A stretch of DNA of 35,718 nucleotides from Flavobacterium sp. (lineage in GTDB: Bacteria; Bacteroidota; Bacteroidia; Flavobacteriales; Flavobacteriaceae), in the NCBI GenBank assembly GCA_035281405.1, contig DATEDY010000364.1:1-35718 (forward strand), given 5' to 3'. The notes beneath the pieces were generated by a model that saw only the letters and a list, made by a program, of their open reading frames with translations, did no database searches and had not been told where the DNA came from. Shown here in pieces: positions 27,940-35,718 of this stretch. Each line of letters starts with the position of its first letter. The first letter of the stretch is position 1. The translations under genes were made by a program, and so were the position numbers.

Positions 27940-28326
27940 ATGACAAAGAGAAACAAAATTATCTATTGGGTAGCCACACTTTGGTTATCATTGGGAATGA
28001 CAGCAACAGGAATTGTGCAATTGATTCAGCTACCTGAAGAAGCTGAAAAAATGGAAGGACTGGGGTATCCTTTGTACTTTCTGACTATTATCGGAGTATG
28101 GAAACTATTGGGGGTAGTGGCCGTTTTGATTCCGAAATTTCCACTATTGAAAGAATGGGCTTATGGCGGATTTTTCTTCCTAATGACTGGGGCGGTATTT
28201 TCGCATTTAGCTGTTCAGGACAGCGCGGGTGAGTATTTTGGTCCGATACTGTTGTTAGTGCTAACTGTTGTATCGTGGTATTTCAGACCTGAGAACAGAA
28301 AACTGATGTTAAACATAAATTCATAG
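27940..28326 (+). CDS. DoxX family membrane protein
   Basis: Four hydrophobic helices; LGYPLYF...KLLG and LKEWAYGGF...SH motifs. Confidence 0.92.
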   Translation: MTKRNKIIYWVATLWLSLGMTATGIVQLIQLPEEAEKMEGLGYPLYFLTIIGVWKLLGVVAVLIPKFPLLKEWAYGGFFFLMTGAVFSHLAVQDSAGEYFGPILLLVLTVVSWYFRPENRKLMLNINS

Positions 28327-28328
28327 TC

Positions 28329-28907
28329 ATGAACCCAAAAGCAGACTGGTTTTTTGAAGAAGACACACGTTGGCAGCAAGAATACAAAGTGTTACGTAAT
28401 ATTGTGAATGCTTGTGGACTGACAGAAGAGGTCAAGTGGGGCGTTCCCTGTTATACGCTTCAGGGAAATAATGTGGTATTGATTCATGGATTTAAGGATT
28501 ACTGTGCTTTGTTGTTTCATAAAGGCGTTTTACTGAGTGATGAGCAGCAATTGTTGATTCAGCAAACCAAGAACGTGCAGGCAGCAAGACAAATACGGTT
28601 TACGAATCTGGAGGAAATCACTTCCAATGAAAAGCTGTTAAAGACGTATATTTATGAAGCAGTTGAGGTGGAAAGAGCAGGAGTGCAGGTACCGTATAAA
28701 AAAACCGAAGAGTTTGACATGCCTGATGAATTCAGAGTGCGACTGGAGAATGATACTAATCTAAAAACCGCTTTTGAGTCTTTGACCGGAGGAAAGCAAA
28801 GAGGGTATTTGTTGTATTTTTCCTCTGCCAAACAATCCAAAACTCGTGAATCGCGAATTGAAAAGTATCTGGATAAGATTTTAATGGGTAAGGGGTTGGA
28901 TGATTGA
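28329..28907 (+). CDS. YdeI family protein (DUF1801 + OmdA domain)
   Basis: LTEEVKWGVPCY, LFHKGVLLSD and FESLTGGKQRGYLLYFSSAKQSKTRESRIEK. Confidence 0.92.
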   Translation: MNPKADWFFEEDTRWQQEYKVLRNIVNACGLTEEVKWGVPCYTLQGNNVVLIHGFKDYCALLFHKGVLLSDEQQLLIQQTKNVQAARQIRFTNLEEITSNEKLLKTYIYEAVEVERAGVQVPYKKTEEFDMPDEFRVRLENDTNLKTAFESLTGGKQRGYLLYFSSAKQSKTRESRIEKYLDKILMGKGLDD

Positions 28908-28963
28908 GCATTTAGCCCATAGTTATTAAGAAGCTTGACTAGATCAAGTCTACAAAGAATATG

Positions 28964-28993
28964 AACTACAACTGTAAAAAGTTGTAGTTTTTT
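28964..28993 (+). terminator. Rho-independent terminator
   Basis: Perfect 10-bp stem aactacaact/agttgtagtt with a gtaaaa loop and T-run, downstream of the YdeI stop. Confidence 0.75.
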
Positions 28994-29170
28994 GTTTTCA
29001 GGATCAAGACTATATTAGGCAATTTATGTAGCGTAACCAATTTGGCATTCATTTAAAGCAAAGTTTATATGTGTTATAAAATTGAGAAATAGGTTATGTA
29101 ACAGTGAGTAATTCATAAAAAAAACATAAAGCCCCAAAAAATAGCTAATTTTGTATTTACTTTGTGTAGC

Positions 29171-29539
29171 ATGAAAAGAAAGGCCCACATACTTATCTTC
29201 ATCTTAACGCTTGGTTTCTTTTTGATACCTGCTTCAACGTATGCCTGTGGGACAAAACTTGAGAAATCCTGCTGCAAAAAAGAAGTCTCTTCCACAACAG
29301 CAAAAAAAGATTGTTGCAAAGACAAACAGACGAAAGGTCAAGATAAAGAGTGTGGAGGAAAATGTGGACATTCGAACTGTACTTCATCAATATCTCAATT
29401 GAGTTTAGCCGTTTTCAATTTAATAGAATTCAGAACTGATCTTTTTAATTTTACTACTAAAAAACAAAAGTTTTATCATACAAAAGCCCGTATTTCTTCA
29501 GGTTTTTATTTTGTTTGGTTGCCTCCAAAAATAAATTAA
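29171..29539 (+). CDS. Cys-rich exported putative metal-binding protein
   Basis: Likely start ATG 29171 (MKRKAHILIF). Signal-like segment ending TYAC; CC, CC and CGGKCGHSNC; C-terminal WLPPK typical of leaders of Bacteroidota metal clusters. Confidence 0.75.
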   Translation: MKRKAHILIFILTLGFFLIPASTYACGTKLEKSCCKKEVSSTTAKKDCCKDKQTKGQDKECGGKCGHSNCTSSISQLSLAVFNLIEFRTDLFNFTTKKQKFYHTKARISSGFYFVWLPPKIN

Positions 29540-29675
29540 CACCTTCTTTTGACAGCCATAAGTCTGTCCTCTCGAGAGCAATCTATAGTTTTCGAATCAT
29601 TTATTTATAAAATACAACTTTACAAAGCGGAACGGAGTTCACTAATTCCTTTTCACAAAAAATAAAACTTTAAAA

Positions 29676-30554
29676 ATGAGACAATCAATATCAAAAATGT
29701 TTGCAGGAATTGTATTATTGCTAACATTTACAGCTTGTGATGCACAAATTAAAGATGCAAAAACAGCCATCGTAAAAATTTATGGTAATTGTGATATGTG
29801 CAAAGAAACCATTGAAAAAGCGGGAACTATCAAGAAGTTAGCGAAAGTAGATTGGAATACAGATACTAAAATGGCTACGTTGACTTATGATGCCCAAAAA
29901 ACAAACCAAGATGCCATCTTAAAGCGTATTGCATTAGCAGGTTATGACAGTGAGACCTTCCTTGCTCCAGATGATGTGTATTCAAAACTTCCGGAATGTT
30001 GTCAATATAAAAGAGAAGCAAAAATTGCCTTAAAAGAGATAGCTGTGGAAAATGAGGCTAATCATTCTGCAGCAGCTAAAGTAGAGAAGGAAGATTTGAA
30101 CGATAAAGTTCAAGAGAAGCAAACCGATCCGTTAAAAGCTGTTTTCGATCATTATTTTGCAGTGAAAGATGCATTAGTAAAAACTGATGGAAACGTTGCT
30201 TCCATTAAAGCAAAAGATTTGTTGAAGAGCATCGGTGTTGTAAAAATGGATCAGTTGGGAGACAATGTCCACACCGTTTGGATGAAAGTGCTGAATGATT
30301 TAAAAGAACATACAGCGCATATTGCCGATACAAAAGACATTAAGCACCAGCGAGATCATTTCATGGATTTATCAAAAAATATGTATGAACTGTTTAAAGT
30401 ATCAAAACAAGAAACACCAATTTATTACCAACATTGTCCCATGGCAAATGATGGAAAAGGGGCCAATTGGTTTAGTAAGGAAAGTGCTGTCAAGAATCCG
30501 TACTATGGATCGCAGATGTTGACTTGTGGTAAAACGGTTGAAACCATCAAGTAG
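29676..30554 (+). CDS. HMA-domain + DUF3347 metal-binding exported protein
   Basis: GNCDMC HMA motif, LPECCQY, YFAVKDALVK, QHCPMA...W...NPYYGSQMLTCG. Confidence 0.88.
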   Translation: MRQSISKMFAGIVLLLTFTACDAQIKDAKTAIVKIYGNCDMCKETIEKAGTIKKLAKVDWNTDTKMATLTYDAQKTNQDAILKRIALAGYDSETFLAPDDVYSKLPECCQYKREAKIALKEIAVENEANHSAAAKVEKEDLNDKVQEKQTDPLKAVFDHYFAVKDALVKTDGNVASIKAKDLLKSIGVVKMDQLGDNVHTVWMKVLNDLKEHTAHIADTKDIKHQRDHFMDLSKNMYELFKVSKQETPIYYQHCPMANDGKGANWFSKESAVKNPYYGSQMLTCGKTVETIK

Positions 30555-30662
30555 TTTTGTATGAACAATACAAATTGTAAAAATAATTGTATAACTCATT
30601 CTACTGTAATAAATTGTATAATTATAGTACAGTTACTAATCGATAAATTAAAATTTAATAAA

Positions 30663-30923
30663 ATGAAAAAAGTAATCTTTTCGGCTATAATAATAGCTTT
30701 CATATTGGTTTCTTGTAATCCAAAAAATGAAAAAGCAGCATCCGATGATTCTGCAACAGAAGCAACAGAAAAAACAGAAGCAACTCCAACAGCAGAGACA
30801 ACCGAATCAACTGAAGTGACATCTGAGTTGTATGCATGTTCAATGCATAATGAAATCACTGGGAAAAAAGGAGAAAAATGCTCCAAATGCGGTATGGAGT
30901 TAACCGAGCCTGTAGCTAAGTAA
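30663..30923 (+). CDS. Small heavy-metal-binding lipoprotein
   Basis: Likely start ATG 30663, MKKVIFSAIIIAFILVSC (lipobox); YACSMH...CSKCGMEL motif. Confidence 0.85.
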   Translation: MKKVIFSAIIIAFILVSCNPKNEKAASDDSATEATEKTEATPTAETTESTEVTSELYACSMHNEITGKKGEKCSKCGMELTEPVAK

Positions 30924-30950
30924 ATAACTTAGTATAAGTTAAAGTACATC

Positions 30951-30983
30951 AACTAACCTTGTTTGGGGCGACAGGGTTAGTTT
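30951..30983 (+). terminator. Stem-loop, possible terminator or stabiliser
   Basis: aactaaccttgt/acagggttagtt stem (one G-U pair) with a short T tail. Confidence 0.5.
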
Positions 30984-31010
30984 GTAGTATAAAGTCCTAA
31001 GTATTGACCT

Positions 31011-31571
31011 ATGAAACTATACATTAAAAATATGGTATGTAGCCGCTGTAAAATGGTTGTGAAGACGGAGTTTGAAAAGCTTGGGCTTCCTATTATTTCA
31101 GTTGAGTTAGGTGAAGTTGTATTGGAAAAGGATATTTCGGTAAATGAGAAAGAGGTATTACTTCAGAATCTTCGTTTATTAGGTTTTGATTTAATTGACG
31201 ATAAGAAAAGTAAAACAATCGATAAGATTAAAACGCTTATTATTGATTTGGTTCAGAATAAAAACAACGATTTGAAAAGCAATTTGTCTGATTATCTTTC
31301 ACAAGAATTACATCAAGATTATAATACCTTAAGTAATTTGTTTTCAGAAGTTGAAAGCACAACTATTGAGAAGTATTTTATGAATCAAAAAATAGAAAAG
31401 GTAAAGGAGTTAATCCTCTATGATGAATTGTCACTGAGTGAAATTGCTTATTCTTTAAATTACAGTAGTGTTTCGCATTTAAGTAACCAATTCAAGAAGA
31501 TAACCGGCTTTTCGCCAACCTATTTCAAAAACTTAAAATCCATCAAGCGGAGACAAATTGAGGATTTGTAA
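31011..31571 (+). CDS. AraC family regulator with N-terminal metal-binding CxxC
   Basis: IKNMVCSRC; LSEIAYSLNYSSVSHLSNQFKKITGFSP helix-turn-helix. Confidence 0.93.
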   Translation: MKLYIKNMVCSRCKMVVKTEFEKLGLPIISVELGEVVLEKDISVNEKEVLLQNLRLLGFDLIDDKKSKTIDKIKTLIIDLVQNKNNDLKSNLSDYLSQELHQDYNTLSNLFSEVESTTIEKYFMNQKIEKVKELILYDELSLSEIAYSLNYSSVSHLSNQFKKITGFSPTYFKNLKSIKRRQIEDL

Positions 31572-31648
31572 ATCTTGCAAATCAAACCCAAAATTGTGCA
31601 ACTCCAACAGACTGTTATACTGGAAATTTGTATTAAAATAACAGAAAG

Positions 31649-34180
31649 ATGATACATACTTACAACATTACCGGAATGACTTGTGATGGTTGTCGCGCCA
31701 AAGTCGAAAAAGCGTTGAATACAATTGAAGGGATTGAAGCTAAAGTTACCTTACATCCACCCATAGCTACTATAACAATGGAAAAGCATATTCCAACGAC
31801 ACAGTTGCAACAAGCATTGGCAGCCGTTGGGAAGTATACCATAGCAATGACCCATGGCAAAATGTCCCCCGAGGTTCCAGCTAATGAAACTACTGCGAAA
31901 TCATGTTGTGCGATACATTCTCATGACCATAAAAAAGCAATCCCTATTCCGGGTACTTCACCAGGTAAATATTATTGCCCTATGCATTGTGAAGGCGAAA
32001 AAGTCTATGATAAAGCGGGAGATTGCCCGGTATGTGGTATGGATTTGGTAAAAGCACCAGAGTTGACAGTTGGCAAAGTGCTGTATACATGTCCAATGCA
32101 CCCCGAAGTAATTAGTGAAACGCCGGGTTCCTGTCCCATTTGTGGAATGGATTTAGTGCCTTTGGAGCCTAGTGACAGCGAAGACCAAAAAACGTATAAA
32201 AGTTTGGTGAAGAAAATGAAAATAGCTGTTGCATTTACAGTCCCTATTTTCGCCATTGCTATGATTGAAATGGTACACAACAATCCTTTATTACAACTCA
32301 TGGAAGCCACTAAATGGAATGGTGTGCAACTACTATTATCACTTCCCGTGGTTTTTTATGCTTGTTGGATGTTTTTTGTTCGGGCATGGAAGTCCATCAT
32401 AACTTGGAATTTGAACATGTTTACCCTTATCGGAATTGGTACAGGAGTGGCCTTTTTATTCAGTTTAGCGGGTATGTTTTTTCCTACTATATTTCCAAGT
32501 GAATTCAAAACCGAACATGGAACTGTGCATCTCTATTTTGAAGCCACAACTGTCATTCTAACCTTGGTGTTATTAGGGCAATTGTTAGAAGCCAGAGCAC
32601 ACAGTCAAACCAGTGGGGCGATTAGAGAATTATTGAAGCTGGCACCAACAGAAGCTACTTTGGTTAGGGATGGAAACGATATTGTAATTTCCATCCATGA
32701 CATAAAAAAAGGGGATTTACTAAGAGTAAAACCCGGAGATAAAATTCCGGTAGATGGAAAAATAACTGAGGGCGAAAGCAGTATCGACGAGGCCATGATT
32801 ACAGGTGAGCCAATTCCGGTAGATAAGAAGAAAGAGGATCATGTGATAGCGGGAACAATCAATGGGAACAAATCATTTGTGATGATAGCAGAAAAAGTAG
32901 GTTCAGAAACCTTGCTTTCTCAAATTGTGCAAATGGTAAATGATGCTTCACGTTCCAGAGCACCCATACAAAAATTAGCTGATAGCATTGCCAAATATTT
33001 CGTGCCAATTGTGGTCATTATTGCAGTAATTACCTTTTTCATTTGGGCAAAATGGGGTCCTGAACCAGCCTTAGTATATGGTTTTATAAATGCCATCGCA
33101 GTATTGATTATAGCGTGTCCTTGTGCATTAGGTTTGGCAACTCCCATGTCAGTAATGGTAGGAGTTGGTAAAGGGGCACAATCCGGCATTTTGATAAAAA
33201 ATGCGGAAGCATTGGAGAACATGAACAAAGTAAATGTGCTGATTACAGATAAAACAGGAACCATTACTGAAGGAAAACCATCTGTTGAAAAAGTTTATTC
33301 AATCCATGATAATGAGGATGATTTGTTACAAAGCATTGCATCATTAAACCAATATAGTGAACATCCATTGGCACAAGCCGTTGTGAATTATGCCAAAACC
33401 AAGGCGATTTCTTTAATTGAAGTAAGCGATTTTGAAGCTGTTGCAGGAAAGGGAGTTACCGGAACAGTAATTCAAAAAAAAGTAGCATTAGGTAATAAGA
33501 AGCTAATGGATCAAGTCAAAGCTTCTGTTGCTGATGATTTAGAAAATAAAATCATTGCCGAGCAACAATTGGGAAAAACGGTATCCTATATAGCCGTTGA
33601 GGGTATTGTAGTTGGTTATGTATCCATTACCGATGCAATTAAAACATCGAGTGCAGTAGCTATAAAGGAATTGATCAGACAAGGTGTTGAGGTAATTATG
33701 CTTACTGGTGACAACGTCAATACAGCCAAAGCCGTTGCGGACGAATTGGGATTAACATCCTATAAAGCAGGGTGCTTACCTGAAGACAAACTGAATGAAA
33801 TTAAAAAATTACAAGCAGCAGGTAAAATTGTTGCCATGGCGGGCGATGGTATCAATGATGCACCGGCATTAGCACAATCCAACATAGGAATTGCCATGGG
33901 AACTGGAACCGATGTAGCTATAGAAAGTGCCAAAATCACTTTAGTAAAAGGCGATTTACAAGGTATTGTAAAAGCCAAGAATTTAAGTCATGCCGTTATG
34001 AAAAACATCAAGCAGAACTTGTTTTTTGCCTTTTTCTATAACGCGTTAGGAGTTCCAATTGCAGCAGGAGTTTTATATCCCTATTTTGGAATTTTATTAT
34101 CACCAATGATTGCGGCTTTAGCCATGTCATTTAGTTCAGTATCGGTAATTGCAAATGCTTTGCGATTACGAAATTTATAA
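31649..34180 (+). CDS. copA: Copper-translocating P1B-type ATPase
   Basis: GMTCDGC, two YxCPMH...CPxCGMDL domains, TGEP, CPCALG, DKTGT, SEHPLA, GDGINDAPAL, YN and MSFSS Cu(I) signatures. Confidence 0.95.
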   Translation: MIHTYNITGMTCDGCRAKVEKALNTIEGIEAKVTLHPPIATITMEKHIPTTQLQQALAAVGKYTIAMTHGKMSPEVPANETTAKSCCAIHSHDHKKAIPIPGTSPGKYYCPMHCEGEKVYDKAGDCPVCGMDLVKAPELTVGKVLYTCPMHPEVISETPGSCPICGMDLVPLEPSDSEDQKTYKSLVKKMKIAVAFTVPIFAIAMIEMVHNNPLLQLMEATKWNGVQLLLSLPVVFYACWMFFVRAWKSIITWNLNMFTLIGIGTGVAFLFSLAGMFFPTIFPSEFKTEHGTVHLYFEATTVILTLVLLGQLLEARAHSQTSGAIRELLKLAPTEATLVRDGNDIVISIHDIKKGDLLRVKPGDKIPVDGKITEGESSIDEAMITGEPIPVDKKKEDHVIAGTINGNKSFVMIAEKVGSETLLSQIVQMVNDASRSRAPIQKLADSIAKYFVPIVVIIAVITFFIWAKWGPEPALVYGFINAIAVLIIACPCALGLATPMSVMVGVGKGAQSGILIKNAEALENMNKVNVLITDKTGTITEGKPSVEKVYSIHDNEDDLLQSIASLNQYSEHPLAQAVVNYAKTKAISLIEVSDFEAVAGKGVTGTVIQKKVALGNKKLMDQVKASVADDLENKIIAEQQLGKTVSYIAVEGIVVGYVSITDAIKTSSAVAIKELIRQGVEVIMLTGDNVNTAKAVADELGLTSYKAGCLPEDKLNEIKKLQAAGKIVAMAGDGINDAPALAQSNIGIAMGTGTDVAIESAKITLVKGDLQGIVKAKNLSHAVMKNIKQNLFFAFFYNALGVPIAAGVLYPYFGILLSPMIAALAMSFSSVSVIANALRLRNL

Positions 34181-34192
34181 CTTTAATAAAAG

Positions 34193-35718
34193 ATGAAAAA
34201 ACGAATCCTATTAATATTCTTTATATGCTTATATTCTTTTGGAAATGCTCAAGTCAAAAAGGATACACAGCAGGCGTTTTACACCTGTGTTATGCATCCG
34301 GAAATTCATATGCCCAAACCAGGTAACTGTCCAAAATGTGGTATGACGCTGATAAAAGAAAAGCCAAAAGCAACTAAGAAAAGAACAGTTCCAAAGCAGT
34401 ATAAAATTCAAAGGAAAAAGGAGGAATCACCAAAGAAAGCAGCTACGATTAGTAATACAATTTCTCCAGCTAAAGAAAGTGTTTCGAATGCAAAAAAGGA
34501 GGAAACTGAAGTGCTGAAAGCAGACACTGTTGTCGCGAAAAACGAACTTCCCAAAACAGTTCGTTACGACTTATATGTTCGTGACACAATAGTCAATTTT
34601 TCAGGTAAACAAAAAAGAGCGATAGCGGTAAACGGACAAATTCCAATGCCCACGCTTACATTTACTGAAGGAGATATTGCAGAAATTTATGTGCATAATG
34701 AGTTAAATGAAGAGACATCCATGCATTGGCATGGATTGTTTTTGCCCAATAAAGAAGACGGCGTTCCTAATTTAACCCAAATGCCAATACAGCCACATAC
34801 AACCCATAAGTATACTTTCCCGATTGTACAGCACGGGACGCATTGGTATCACAGTCATTCGGGGCTGCAAGAGCAAATTGGAATGTACGGATCTTTTATA
34901 ATGAATAAAAAGGCAAATGATCCCACTTTCAGAAAAGGAATAGATGATTTACCAACAGTACCTCTGATTTTGAGTGAATGGACAGATCTTAAACCTGAAA
35001 ATGTTCACAGAATGCTGCACAACGCGACCGATTGGTTTGCTATTAAAAAGGGAACAACACAAAGCTATGCGGAAGCCATAGAACAAGGACATTTCAAGAC
35101 GAAAGTAACCAATGAATGGAAACGCATGAATGCGATGGACGTTAGCGATGTGTATTATGAAAAATTCCTGATCAACGGAAAAAGCGAAAGCCAACTTTCA
35201 CAATTCAAAGGCGGTGATAAAGTCCGATTGCGAATTTCCAACGGAGGCGCATCCTCTTATTTTTGGTTAACCTATGCCGGTGGGAAAATCACTGTGGTTG
35301 CTAATGATGGTAATGATGTGGAACCTGTTGAAGTGGACCGGTTAATTATTGCGGTTTCAGAGACCTATGATGTTATTGTTACCATTCCAGCAGACAAAAC
35401 TGCTTATGAGTTTTTGGCAACACCAGAAGACAGGACAAAATCGACATCAGTATATATTGGCAGTGGTATTAAACAATTAATTTCGCCATTGCCAAAACTC
35501 AAATATTTTGAGGGAATGAAGATGATGAATGACATGATGCGAATGAATGGAGATTTAGATGATATGGGGATGCAGATGTCACTTAACCAGATGGACATGA
35601 ATGTGGTAATGTATCCTGAAATAACTGGAGAAGCAAAAAAGAAATCCGACGATAATAGGGCTAATGTAAAAATGGATACGGAACAATACGACAGTAATAA
35701 ACTTTCTGATATTGTTAC
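34193..35718 (+). CDS. Multicopper oxidase with N-terminal heavy-metal-binding domain, runs off window
   Basis: Not in the ORF track (no stop). MKKRILLIFFICLYSFGNAQ signal, YTCVMHP...CPKCGMTL, VNGQIPMPTL, HWHG, WYHSH and a Met-rich stretch near the window end. Confidence 0.92.
   Translation, partial: MKKRILLIFFICLYSFGNAQVKKDTQQAFYTCVMHPEIHMPKPGNCPKCGMTLIKEKPKATKKRTVPKQYKIQRKKEESPKKAATISNTISPAKESVSNAKKEETEVLKADTVVAKNELPKTVRYDLYVRDTIVNFSGKQKRAIAVNGQIPMPTLTFTEGDIAEIYVHNELNEETSMHWHGLFLPNKEDGVPNLTQMPIQPHTTHKYTFPIVQHGTHWYHSHSGLQEQIGMYGSFIMNKKANDPTFRKGIDDLPTVPLILSEWTDLKPENVHRMLHNATDWFAIKKGTTQSYAEAIEQGHFKTKVTNEWKRMNAMDVSDVYYEKFLINGKSESQLSQFKGGDKVRLRISNGGASSYFWLTYAGGKITVVANDGNDVEPVEVDRLIIAVSETYDVIVTIPADKTAYEFLATPEDRTKSTSVYIGSGIKQLISPLPKLKYFEGMKMMNDMMRMNGDLDDMGMQMSLNQMDMNVVMYPEITGEAKKKSDDNRANVKMDTEQYDSNKLSDIV

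Noticed and set aside
30561-30662. N-terminal extension of the lipoprotein ORF
   Set aside because: The lipoprotein signal begins at ATG 30663; the extension is AT-rich putative regulatory DNA.
431-35598. Numerous 60-115 aa ORFs overlapping long genes (e.g. 5951-6253, 12695-13012, 32920-33264, 34949-35194)
   Set aside because: Shadow or alternate frames of well-supported CDSs, with no independent motifs.

Overview
AT-rich DNA that looks like Bacteroidota, probably Flavobacterium (gene content, TAnnTTTG promoter). There are four blocks. (1) 1-1825: a truncated MmcQ/YjbR gene and a YciI gene on the minus strand, a spacer with helically phased 11-bp and 10-bp repeats, and a Bacteroidota hypothetical gene. 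(2) 2365-26821: a ~24.5 kb co-directional, tightly spaced accessory locus of mostly uncharacterised genes. It holds an unannotated 59-aa remnant paralogous to the next gene, a 738-aa protein, a 1035-aa protein with a C-terminal nucleotidyltransferase-like motif, two genes carrying three copies of one immunity-like domain, two giant proteins without signal peptides (2265 and 2021 aa), a phage/eCIS-type tail-fibre protein, an amidase-SH3-SH3 endolysin-like enzyme, a 270-aa unknown and a membrane-anchored alpha/beta hydrolase. No sheath, tube, VgrG, PAAR, capsid, holin or integrase is visible. My best hypothesis is a fibre-targeted, lysis-released, non-contractile toxin-delivery particle. (3) 27068-28993: ArsR-SRPBCC-DoxX-YdeI operon with a double operator. 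(4) 29171-35718: copper-resistance cluster ending in a truncated multicopper oxidase. All family calls are from motif recognition by eye; no searches were run.
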